From NCBI GenBank assembly GCA_024679065.1, contig JAGIQG010000043.1:558001-622000 (forward strand): 64,000 nucleotides of DNA, in the 5' to 3' direction. Positions 1 to 11,770 of the stretch are shown piece by piece. The notes beneath the pieces are model-generated. The model was not told the origin of the DNA, did no database searches, and saw only the letters and a list, made by a program, of their open reading frames with translations. Position 1 is the first letter of the stretch. Every line of letters begins with the position of its first letter. The position numbers were made by a program, and so were the translations under genes. The stretch comes from Sphyrna mokarran (lineage: Eukaryota).

Positions 1-110
1 AGAGAAGGGAATGGTTTAGTTTGGAGGGGCATTGCTTTTTATATTGGTCGGCGCAACATCGAAGGCCGAAGGGCCTGTTCTGTGCTGTAATGTTCTATGT
101 TCTATGTTCT
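1..110 (+). mobile_element. CR1/HER1-type LINE 3' end
   Basis: GGCCGAAGGGCCTGTTCTGTGCTG followed by an (ATGTTCT)n tail. Confidence 0.9.
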
Positions 111-379
111 ATCTTCCATCGGGAAAATATACAAAAGTCTGAGGTCGCGTACCAACTGACACAAGGCAACTTCTTTCCTGCTGCTTTTGATTTGTCCTAC
201 CTCACGCAATGTTGATTTTTCTCTAAATCCTTATTATGATGGTAACAAGACATTCTGTACTCCCTCCTTTCCTTCTCTATGTATGGTATGCTTTGTCTGT
301 ATAGTGCGCAACAAACAATACATTTCACTCTATAGTAATACAGGTGACAATTATAAATCAAATCAAATTAAATCACAAA

Positions 380-555
380 AAATGCCCCATTCAGAAAAAA
401 ATCGCCCTGTTAAAATCGCTCTGATTATGTTGGTAGTTGTCCTATTTCCCTCCTCCAATTCGAAAGGTATAATACCAGTCCATTCACCAGTAAATCTGGT
501 TTAAACGCTGGGGAGGGGGCACATGGGAACTGGGTGATGTTAATCACACAGAGAG
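380..555 (-). pseudogene. Possible decayed V-domain exon partnering the 1888-1930 leader
   Basis: Phase-1 join gives ..SQ-ALCVINITQFP, a V-type A strand. Afterwards only frameshifted remnants (IYW*, FELEEGNRTT, AIFF*) are seen, and a LINE tail follows at about 110-375. Confidence 0.3.
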
Positions 556-859
556 CTTCAGTAAAATTATATTTCTCAACCATTGTTTCCATCGAGTGTC
601 TCTCCTTATAAAAAAACACATGACTGCGCATGGCTGAAACTGAACAAAAAGACAGAAAATGGTGGAAAATCTCAGTGGGATTACGGGGACTGTGATCAGT
701 ACCGGCTCGATGGGACAAGTGGCATCCTTGAACAGTGAACAAACTGACTCTAGGATTCTCGGTCTGAGAGCATCAGTGGAGAGAGAAAATAGACCCGACT
801 TTTCAAATCTGGATGGCTCTGGGTCAGAGCTTCATTGCCTCTCCGCCGATGCTCTCAGA

Positions 860-1165
860 ATCCTAGAATCATAGAATGCCTCCAGTGCAGAAGGAGGCCA
901 TTCGGTCCATCGAATCTGTGCCGATCATAGTCCCTATTCCCGCAAACCCACGATTTTACACTGCTAACCCCCCCGAAAGGAAAGGGCAATTTAGCGTGGC
1001 CATCCAAATTAATCCGCGCAACTTTGGGCTTTGGGAGGAAAGAGGAACACACGGAGGAAACCCACACAGACACCGAAAGAACGTGCAAACTCTGCAGACA
1101 ATGACCCAAGCCAGGAATCCAAGCCTGGCGCTGTGATGTGACAGTGTTAACCCACTGTGCCGCTG
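860..1165 (-). mobile_element. tRNA-derived HE1/V-SINE-like SINE
   Basis: tRNA-like head, V-SINE core (GAGTTTGCACGTTCT..GGGTTTCCTCC) and a LINE-like tail. Confidence 0.75.
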
Positions 1166-1887
1166 CGATGTTCCAGCACTTTCTATTTTTGTTCTGTTTC
1201 TTCTTCTCCTCCGTTGACTTTGGACGCTAAACGTAGTTCAAAAATTTACAACTGATTCTGAAATTCTACTTGAAAAACTTTCTCTCCAAAGTGACCACTA
1301 TTGTTAAGGGAGCCCATTCAACACAGCATATGTCAGGAGAATTGGCAAATCAGATTAATTCCATTCTAGTCATTGTTATTAATCGAGGTTCCATTTTCTC
1401 AACAAATTTGATTCATTGTTAAGTTAAACTTGCACGCTAAGTGCACCTTATAGAAAGCACAACTGAAGGCGGGGGGGTGGGTGGGGTGAGGGGGGGGGGG
1501 GTGGGAGGGGGGGGGGGGGGGTTTGTGAGGGGAGAGATTTCCTTGGGCCCTTCGAGTTTGAGGTGAATCTTTGAAAGATTTCACTCATATTATTGAATTT
1601 TCCCTTTTAAATATTATCCAATCCCCCCATTTTGAAAGTTCCAACTCTCCTTTTTGAAAGTTCCTCCTGAATCTGCTTCCTCCGCCCATTCAGGCACAGC
1701 CTTCCACCTCACAGCAACTCCGATGGGTTTAAAAAAATCCCCTCATTTCCCACTCTGTTACTTTTACCGGATTCTTCAATGCATATTCTATTGGCTCCAG
1801 CAACTTCTGCTATTGGAAACAGTTTCTGCCTCTTCGCTCTGTCCAAATCCTTCTCCACTCTATCTGAGTATAATGAGGATATCTCAC

Positions 1888-1930
1888 CCTGGGAGAGATG
1901 GAGCAACGCACAGATACCGAGGATACTCAT
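1888..1930 (-). CDS. Leader-peptide exon MSILGICALLHLSQ of a second IgSF-like gene or pseudogene
   Basis: ACAATGA start context, 14 hydrophobic codons plus one base, phase-1 donor CAGG|GTGAGA. Confidence 0.5.
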
Positions 1931-2626
1931 TGTCCTTGAGCGAGGCTCTGAGCACAGATTCAAATTTCACTGAGAACTCGCTCTTCTTCTCTCTGTGTGG
2001 GGGAGGTGTGAAATGTGCGCACACTGTGTCTATGAATGAAAACACGACAGGGGTTTGCAAATAGAACCGAGGTAGAGAGCACTTTGCGGTTTTCCTGTTT
2101 ACTGCAGGTCCAGGTACTAGCGAGCATTTGGCATGTTCTACAAAAGACTTCAAATATCTCACTCACATCAGCTAAACCAGGCATGGAGTGCAGAGCATGG
2201 CTCTTCCGAATCTGGTAAGGATTCCCAGGCAGTGGAAAAGATGCAGTTAAAATTTCACAATGAATGATAACAGCACTGAGAGCGTGCAACTGTCAATGAA
2301 TCTTGAAGAGGTTAGAACTCTTTTTCTCCGGAAAAAAAACAATGAAAATTGAGGGCGGATCTACCGGAACATTTGCAATTATGAAATGGTTCAACAAGGC
2401 AGAAGGAGGATTTCAAAATATTGCAGGATGAGTCTGTCGTCAAGCAGAAAGTCAGGACAAAAATGTATCTTGGAAGAATTGGGAGAAATGGAACGTGGTT
2501 GATAGGAAATGTTTTTGATTTGATTTGTTTTTTTTCACATGTATTGGGATACAGTGAAAAAATACTGTTTCTTGCGCGCTATACAGACAAAGCATACCAT
2601 TCATAGAGTACATATATTTAATTTAT

Positions 2627-3245
2627 TATAGAACATAGAACATAGAACATAGAACATTACAGCACAGAACAGGCCCTTCGGCCTTCGATGTTGCGCCGAC
2701 CAGTATAAAAAGCAATGACCCTCCAAACTAAACCATTCCCTTCTCTTCCATATACTTATCAACTAACCTCTTAAACGCCACCAAACTTGGCGCATCTACA
2801 ACTGCTGCAGGCAGGGCATTCCACTCCCGAACCACCCTTTGGGTAAAGAACCTACCTCTGATATCCGTCCTATAACTATCACCCCTTAATTTAAAGCTGT
2901 GTCCCCTCGTGCTAGCTTTCTCCATCCTAGGAAAAAGGCTATCACTGTCCACCCTATCTAAACCTCTAATGATCTTATATGTTTCAATAAGGTCCCCTCT
3001 TAGCCGCCTCCTTTCTAACGAAAACAACCTCAAATCCCTCAGCCTCTCTTCATAAGACCTGAATTCCATACCAGGCAACATCCTGGTAAACCTCCTCTGT
3101 ACCCTCTCCAATGCCTCCACATCTTTCTTATAGTGTGGGGACCAGAACTGCACACAATACTCCAAGTGCGACCACACTAGAGTTTTGTACAGTTGCAACA
3201 TGACGTTGTGGCTCCGAAATTCAATCCCCTTACCAATAAAAGCTA
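2627..3245 (-). mobile_element. 5'-truncated CR1 (RT C-terminus + 3' UTR)
   Basis: ORF 2728-3261 contains [25 protein letters not shown]; ATGTTCT tail. Confidence 0.95.
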
Positions 3246-4019
3246 TTGTCACATGTATCATGATACAGTGATTATTAATTCTTGCCCGCTATACAGACAT
3301 AACATACCGTTCATCAAGAAAGAAAGGAGAGAATGCAGAATGTACTGTCACAATCATAGCCAAACTGAAGAGAAATTGCAACTTAATGAAAGGTGGACGC
3401 ATTTTTCCTTGTAAAGTAATACACGTGGCAATAATAAATCAAACCAAATCAATTTAAAAAGTGCGAATTAAAAATAAACACCTTATTAAAATGGTTCTGA
3501 TCATGGCGTTAGTTGCCCCATTTTCCTCCTCACGTCTACTAGAGACAGCTGACAAAGATGTATTTTAACTAGGCAGTTGGACAGATGCGAAGGAGAGAAA
3601 AGAGTAGAAGGATATGTTGATGGGGTGATAGAAAGAAAGAATGGGGTACCTCTGGAACATTGACAGCAGCTGATAGGCCAAATGGTACCTCACTGTTCTG
3701 TGCTTTTTATGTAATTGTGTTAGAAAAACACGAAATCAAAGCCACTCTTTGATACTCTAATATGTGAGCAGTTAGTGCTGCCTCTGTGCGTTGCATGGGT
3801 TGCAACAGAGCATGATCCACATTATTTTAGAGAGATTACAGTCGATTAAGTTAGTGTCGAGCCTGGCCCAAACATAAGATGTCTCCACGTTCTAGGTAGC
3901 CAGTGATGCGTCTTTGCAAGTGCACTTACTTTTGAAATGTAGAACATCCAATCAGGTTCACGCAAAACAGGATGCTGAAAACTAACCATTGTTAAAGCCG
4001 TGTTAAATTAACGCATGGA

Positions 4020-4440
4020 ACCATAAAAATTCCATACAGCAGGAGGGTTATTCAGCCCATTGAGCTTGCACCGCCAGCAAACGTACCCAATTGCTATCCC
4101 CATGATCCCACATATTTAGCTTGCTAATTGCTCTGACACTAAGAGGTAATATAGCACAGCCAACCCACCTAACCTGCAGATCTTTATCTACTAAATCACA
4201 ATTTAAGATGCATCCTGCACTTTGGATAGTAAGGGACAATTTAACGTGACCGATCCATGTAACCTGCACTGGATACACTGGGGGACAACTCAGCGTGGCC
4301 GATCAGACAACCGGCATATATTTGGCCATGAAGGGGCAATTTTGCATGACCAATCCAAAATACCTACACGTCTTTAGACACCATGGGGTAATTAAGCATG
4401 GTCAACCCACCTAACAAGCACAGATTTGGACATTGGCATT
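4020..4440 (-). repeat. SINE with diverged ~51-bp tandem units
   Basis: Repeated GGG(G/A)CAATTTAGCATGGCCAATCCACCTAACCTGCAC-like units. Confidence 0.7.
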
Positions 4441-5254
4441 TAAACTTAAAGCGTTCTAATTTGCAGATAGTGTTCCAGACACTTCGATCGCCATTTTTAT
4501 TAATCCCTGTTGCTTCTGTTGACAGATCCTCTTAAACCAATGCAATGCAACTCTCGATATTTTGCCCTTTCCTTGGAATATTTTTTTTTTTTTGCAGAAA
4601 TGCCAGATGGTGACAGAACACATAAACAGACAAAACTATAAAAAAGACGTGATTTGTTGTATTTAATCTAATCTATGTTGTTTACCTTAACATAGGCTAT
4701 CTTCATATAAGAAGAGTAATATTCCCTTCTAGAATTGCCCTTCTAGAAAGCCAGCACATCCTTTGCTGTGTGAAAAACTACGCTTATACCAACAAACAAA
4801 TGTGTTTTAAACAGCAGTTGTCTGGTTACTATTTCTGTACTATCCAAGACTACCTCTACACGTGCTCAGTGATGGCACTTTCTGTCGACTGTCTGATGGT
4901 CAGTTGACATTCCTGATTAACCAGGGTCAGAATCCCGTCTTCCTTCTCCAGGGAGAACAGATGCAAAGTGGTTTGATTCCATTTTGTTCTTCATATCAGT
5001 TCGTTCACAAACTGTGAGGATCCATTTGCAATTGATTGCTGTGGCTCTCTCCAAATTCATGTTCCTCACTAATACCGTGCATAAAGATAGATATATGTAA
5101 ATCTAGAATCTTGGGTCGGAATACATCGGAATGGAGAGGCGATGGAGACTGAAGGAATGTTGGTTTGCTTGATCTGTGTAAAATTACGGGGGGCGGGGTA
5201 CAGATAGAGGAGATGCAAAGAAACATTTTAACTGTATTTATTCGTGCACAGGCA

Positions 5255-5510
5255 GACTCACATTGCACTGTAATAGAATAACTCATTGACACACTCTGGC
5301 GCCTGTTCGGATACATTGTGTGGAACTTTAGCATGGCCAATGCACCTAACCAGCATGTAATTCGGAGTTTGGATCAAAGCCGATGGAATCCCACGCAGAC
5401 ACGGAGAGAATGTGCAGACTTCAAACAGACAGTAACCCAAGTTGCGAATTGAACCCAGGTTCCTGCGCTGTAAGATGACAATGCTAACCATTATGCCACA
5501 GTGCCAGCCA
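5255..5510 (-). mobile_element. V-SINE-like SINE
   Basis: tRNA-like head and V-SINE core. Confidence 0.7.
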
Positions 5511-5789
5511 ATTTTCCTTGATCGCAGGATCAATGGACAGGGGGCATAGATGTAAAGGTGAGGGGCAGAATGTCTGGAACAACAGAATCCCTGCAGAACA
5601 AAAGGAGGCCATTCAGCCCATATAGCCTGTCCTGGCTCTGTGAATGAGCATCTGCACCAAAATCTATTTTCAGAACTTTTGGTCCTGTTTGAATGAAGGT
5701 TGGATTGAAGTAATCCTTGGCTAAGATTGGGAGAACCCAAACTGAGCACCAGCGGCCAAGTTATTGTTGGACATGCATCGATTCGGTTG

Positions 5790-6320
5790 AATTTGATTTG
5801 ATTTTATTTAATATTGTCACATGTATTAGTACATATCGAAAAACATACCCTCTTGCGCATCATACTGGGAAAGCATATTGTACAAATGGAAAAAAATGGA
5901 GAGGGTGCAGAATGTAGTGTCACAGTCATAGGCAATGTATAGAAAATGATCAACTTAATATTAGGGAGGCCCATTCAAAAATCTGAAAGTAACAGTGAAG
6001 AAGCAGCGTTTAAGTCAGCTGTTAGGTGACTTCTGATTTTGTAGCATTTTCCATGCATGGAAGAGAACATGTCCGGGGCGCGTGGTGTCCCTGAATTATG
6101 CTGGCTTTTTGGCTGAGGCAATGGGAATTGTAAAACATGTCAACAGATGCAAGGCTGGTTTGAATGATTTGGACTTCATTCATACTTTGTAGTTTCTTGG
6201 GCAGAGCAGGAGCCATTCCAAGCTGTGATCCAACCAGAAAGAATGATTTCTGTGGTGCATCTGTAGAACTTGGTGAGAGTTGTCGCTGACATGCCAAATT
6301 TCTTAGCAATGTCAGTAACC
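5790..6320 (-). mobile_element. Rex1/Babar-like LINE 3' fragment
   Basis: (AATCA)n tail and degraded similarity to the 45655-46625 copy. Confidence 0.6.
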
Positions 6321-6688
6321 ACTGATGAGGGAGTGGAAGTTCATGGGGTGATAATGAACTCAGTTGGATTTGTCCTGTGAATAATGTACAGGACATAACT
6401 GAGAAATGTTTTACGTTACTGAATAGCTGCCTGTGTTATCGCTTTACCTAACCATGGAGAACTGCTCAATCATCAGTGGAATGGAGCTGGGGATATGTGA
6501 CAAAACCTGGTGTTTTCCTTTTAATGTTTGCACATATGTGAATTGATGGGATTAGGAGTTAATAGAGTATTCCCAGGGCTACTCACTCCCAGCTGGCTAC
6601 CTCCTATCCTCCATCTTAATTAGTTATGTCCTGCTGGAGCAGAACCGTACGCTGGAATGACGATGGTGGAGGTTACTGACATTGGGAG

Positions 6689-9570
6689 ATGGTGGTTGAG
6701 GTTGTAGTAGGAGAGCATGTGTCAACTAGTGACCACAACTCTGTCTACTTTAGGATATTAATGGAAAAAGATGAAGCCTGCCCTAAGGGGAGGGTGTTAA
6801 ACTGGGGGAAGGCTAGATACAGCCAGATTAGGCAGGATCTTAAGGATACCGACTGGGATAAGCTGTTTGAGGGTAGTTCGACACAGTGCATGGGAGAGTC
6901 TTTCAAGGGAAAACTAAAATCTTTGCAGGTAAGGCATGCGCCAGTAAGGAGGAAGGATGAGAAAGGTAGGATTAGAGAACCGTGGGTTACTAGGGATATT
7001 GAGGACTTGGTCAGGAAGAAGCGGGAGGCGTACGTTAGATCTAGGCAACTGGGGACAGAGACAGCGCTGGAAGAATATAGAGAGTGTAGACGGGATCTTA
7101 AAAGGGGTGTCAGAAAGGCAAAAAGGGCCACGAAATGGCTTTGGCAGGTAGGATTAAGGAAAATCCTAAGGCATTTTACTCCTATGTAAGGAGCAAAAGG
7201 ATGGTTAGAGGGAAGATTGGACCTCTCAGGGACAGAGGAGGGGAACTATGCTTAGAGCCTGAGGGAATGGAGGAGATCTTGAATGAATACTTTGCGTCGG
7301 TATTCAAGTGGGAGAGGGGCCTGATGTCTGGTGCCGGCTTTGAGGAATTTGAGGACCCGTTAAAGGAAATAATCATTACGAGGGAAGAGGTGTTGGGGCT
7401 TTTAGGCAGCATAAAGACTGATAAAGCTCGGGGGCCTGATGGCATTTACCCAGGCTGCTAAGGGAGGTGAAAGATGACATTGCTGGTCCTCTGACGCAAA
7501 TCTTTGTCTCTTCTTTGGACACAGGTGAGATCCCAGAGGACTGTAGGATAGCAAATGTAGTACTGTTGTTTAAAAAAGGGTCAGAGGGATAACCCAGGTA
7601 ACTATAGGCCGGTGAGCTTGACTTCAGTTATAGGTAAGCTAATGGAGAGGATCCTCAGGGACAGGATGTATGAACATCTGGAGCGCTGTGATCTGATCAG
7701 GGATACGCAGCATGGCCTCGTTAAGGGGAGGTCGTGCCTTACGAATCTAGTGGAATTTTTTGAAGAGGTGACAAAAACGGTTGATGAAGAACAAGCCGTT
7801 GATGTCGTCTACATGGATTTCAGTAAGGCGTTTGACAAGGTTCCTCATAGTAGGCTGATAGAAAAGGTGAAGGCGCATGGGATACAGGGCCACGTATGTA
7901 GATGGGTTGAGAACTGGCTTGGGAGGAGGAGACAGCGGGTAGTAGTGGAAGGCTCTTTTTCCAACTGGAGGTGTGTCACTAGTGGTGTGCCACAGCGCTC
8001 AGTGCTAGGACCTCTTCTGTTTGTGGTTTATATAAATGACTTGGAAGAGGGGATAGGTGGTGTGATCAGCAAATTTGCTGATGACACTAAGATGCTTGGA
8101 TTGGCCGGAACTGAGGAGCAGTGCCAGGCAATGCAACAGGACATCGATAGGCTGGTAGATTGGGCAGATAGATGGCAAATGGAATTTAAGCCAGATAAAT
8201 GCGAGGTGATGCATTTTGGCCGGAATAACGTAGCGGGGAGTTATAGGAAAAAAGGTAAAACTATCCGGAGTATAGAGACGCAGAGAGTCCTGGGGGTGCA
8301 GGTTCACAAGTCTATGAAGCTGTCAGTACAGGTGGAGAATGTGATAAAGATTTCGTATGGTATGTTAGCCTTCAAAGGAAGGGGTATAGAATACAAGAGT
8401 AGGAGTCTAATGTTGCAAGTGTATAGAACGTTGGTTAGGCCTCACTTGTAGTACTGCGTCCAGTTCTAGTCGCCGTACTACCGGAAGGATGTGGAGGCCC
8501 TGGAGAGAGTGCAGAGGAGATTTACCAGGATGCTGCCTGGTATGGAAGGGCTGTCTTACGAGGATATCAGAGGTAGGTTCTTTACTCAAAGAGTGATTAG
8601 GGAGTGGAATGCCCTGCCTGCAGCTGTTGTAGATGCGCCAAGTTTGGCGGCGTTTAAGAGGTTAATTGATAAGTATATGGAAGAGAAGGGAATGGTTTAG
8701 TTTGGAGGGGCATTGCTTTTTATTTTGGTCGGCACAACATCGAAGGCCGAAGGGCCTGTTCTGTGCTGTATTGTTCTATGTTCTATGTTCTATGAAAGAT
8801 TGAACGTACTGGGGTTGTTTTCCCTTGAAAGACGTCGGCTGAGAGGGGATCTATTAGAGGTATATAAGGTTATGAGGGGTATAGATAGAGTAAATGGTGG
8901 TAAGTTTTTTCCACCATTAAAAATGGATAGAACGAGGGGTCACGGCCTTAGGGTGAGGGGGGCTATGTATAAGACAAATATTAGAGGACAGTTTTTCACA
9001 CAAAGGGTAGTGGGGATGTGGAATGCACTACTGAGTAAGGTGGTGGGAGCAGGCACGCTAGGGTTGTTTAAGGGTCTCTTGGACAGCCACGTGAACGGTC
9101 TTCAGATAGAGTGATATAGCAGGACTGTCTAAATATCTTATTTGTTTCCACAGGATATTCGGTCCGCCTTGTTGACCAACAAGGGCATGCATTCGGCAGG
9201 TCGTGCGAGAGCTGCTCTTGGATGTTGCTTCAGGAGTGGCCTGGTGCTTCACGTCGTTAGTGTATGCTTAAACTGGACCATCTGATGGACACCATGACAG
9301 CTCAGGGACTATCGCTGTTGCTGTGCAGACACATGGATTTGGGCCTGTGTCTGCGGGAGTTTGCGCGTTCTCCCCGTGGTTGCGTGGGTTTTCTCCGGGT
9401 GCTCTGGTTTCCTCCCACTTCCCAAAAATGTGTTCTTAGGCTGATTGGGTAACAAATTAGTCCCTATATGTCATTAAGACGTTAGGACGGCGGCGCAGGC
9501 TCGTTGGGCCGAAGGGCCTGTTTCCCGTGCTGTGTTGCTGTGTTGTTCTTTGTTCTTTGTTCTTTGTTTG
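6689..9570 (+). mobile_element. CR1 LINE subfamily B (ORF2 with frameshifts, long 3' UTR) with a nested subfamily-A tail at about 8552-8793
   Basis: [25 protein letters not shown] and KFADDTK motifs; tail (TTTGTTC)n. Confidence 0.95.
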
Positions 9571-9789
9571 AATGCTAGGTGTGGGAAGGAGACGATTTGC
9601 TGCAACGCAGCAAGTTATGTGAGTAATGGTCAATTTACAAGATGGTGTATAATGTGGGGAATTATTCATATAGCGTGGAAGAATAGACAATCTGAATATA
9701 TTTGTATGAACTTGCACAAGGTACTCTGCAAATTCGCATCTGGATGCAGGAAACAATTGGGAAATGAAGAATAATATTCAATAATGCTT

Positions 9790-10725
9790 ATAAATGACCT
9801 TGGATGAGGAATTGGAGGGATGGGTTGGTAAGTTTGTCGATGACACGAAGGTCGGAGGTGTTGTGGATATTTTGGAATGATGTCAGAAGGTGCAGTGTGA
9901 CATAGATAGGATGCAAGATTGGGCCGAGAAGTGGCAGATGGACTTTAACACGGATAAATGTGCGGTGTTACATTTTGGCAGGTCAAGTGGAATGAAAGAA
10001 TATAATATTAAGGGTGAGATTCTTAGCGGTGCAGAGGATCAGAATGATCCTCCGGTCCAGGTTCATAGGACCCTAAAATCGGCTTCGCAGATAGAGGATG
10101 TGGTTAAGAAGGCGTATGGTGTACTGGCCTTCATCAATCGAGGGATTGAGTTTAGGAGTCAGGGGATAATGCTCCACCTCTATAAGAACCTGGTCAGACT
10201 CCACTTGAAGTGCTGTACTCTGTTCTGGTCGCATAATTACAGGAAGGATGTGGAAGCGATTGAAAGGGAATATTTACAAGGGTGTTACCTGGATTGGGTA
10301 GCATGCCTTATGAGGAAAGACTGAGGGATCTCGATCTTTTCTTCTTCGACAGACGAAGGATGAAAAGGGACTTGAAAGAGGTGTATAAGATGATGAGAGG
10401 TATTGATCAGGTGGTCTCTCAGAGGCTTTCTCCCAGGGCTGAAATGACAGCCGCAAGAGGACACAGATTTAAGGAGCCAGGGAATAGGTACAGATGAGAT
10501 GTCAAGGTCAGTTTTTCACTGAGAGGATGATGGATGAGTGGAATCGTTTGCCATCGGTGGTGGTGGAGGCAAATTCGTCAATGTCTTTTAAGGACTTCTG
10601 GATGAGTACGTGGGACTTAATAGAATTGAGTGTTATAGCTTAGCCTAGCAGACTGAGATAAGATCAGCGCAAATTGTGGGCCGAAGGACCTGTTTGCGCT
10701 ATAATTTTTCTATGATTCTATAATT
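9790..10725 (+). mobile_element. Degraded CR1 3' fragment
   Basis: ORFs 9890-10324 and 10282-10497 resemble the CR1 RT C-terminus. Confidence 0.85.
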
Positions 10726-10859
10726 CTAATATGTATTGTTACAATTGAACAGGGTGTTATGCAATCAGTCCTGAAATGTTTTGTCCAGTTTTGAACCCCA
10801 AATTTAAAGGCAGAATACTTTCTCTAGAGGCAGTAATATTAATGTCCTTTAGAAAATTA

Positions 10860-11770
10860 GAACATAAGAATTAGGAGCAGGAGTAGATCCTCTCAACCTT
10901 CAAGCCAGCTCCATTATTCAATAAGATCATGGCTTAACTTTTCATGGACTGAACTCAATTTACCCATCTGCTGACTATAACCCTTAATTCCTTTAATGTA
11001 TCTATTTTTGCCTTAAAAACCTTCAATGAGGTAGACGCAACTGCGTCACTGGGCAGAGAATTCATAACCCTTTGGGAAAGTTCTTCCTCAACTCAGTTCT
11101 AAGTCTGGTCCCCCTTCTTTTGTGGTTATGCCTCCTAGTTCTACTTTCACTCGCCATTGAAAACAACCTCCCTGCTTCTATCGTGTCAATTCCCATCATG
11201 GCCTTATATGTTTCTCTAAGATCTCCTTCATCCTACTGAATTCCATTGAATGTAGTCACAGTCTATACAGCCTCTCCCCATTAGCCAAGCTTCTGACCTA
11301 TACTATTAGCCTAGTGAGTCTTCTCTGCTCTTCCTCCAGTGGCAATATATTCTTTCTCAAGTAAGAAGCCAAAACTTTACACAATTCTCTAAATATGGCC
11401 TCATCACCGTCTTAAACAACTGCAACATAACCTCTCCTTTTTTTTAAACTCTACCCTTCTCGTAATAAAACTCAAAATTTCACTTGCCTTCTTAGTCATC
11501 AGCTCTACCTGTGAATCAACTTTGTGCGATTCATGCATAATGACTCCCAGGTCCCTCTGCACAGCTGCATGTTACATTTTTTACCATTAAAGCAATTAGT
11601 TTTGCTGGCTTCCTTCCAGAATGGATAATCTCACAATACGAATATTCTATTCCATCTGTCACGCCCTTGCCCATTACTTTGCGTGTATTAATTGTCCTCT
11701 GCATACTTAACTCTACAACTCAACTCACTACCATCTGTGTACTTGGGCACACTAGATTTTGTCCCCAGCT
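10860..11770 (-). mobile_element. Old degraded CR1 fragment
   Basis: AGAACATAAGAA tail and residual RT C-terminal similarity. Confidence 0.65.

Noticed and set aside
1469-1521. Poly-G tract as a functional G-quadruplex
   Set aside because: Homopolymer runs are error-prone and there is no supporting context.
2108-2214. Plus-strand exon-like segment (ctgcag..GTAAGG)
   Set aside because: No partner exons or recognisable protein; overlaps the presumptive upstream region of the minus-strand leader.
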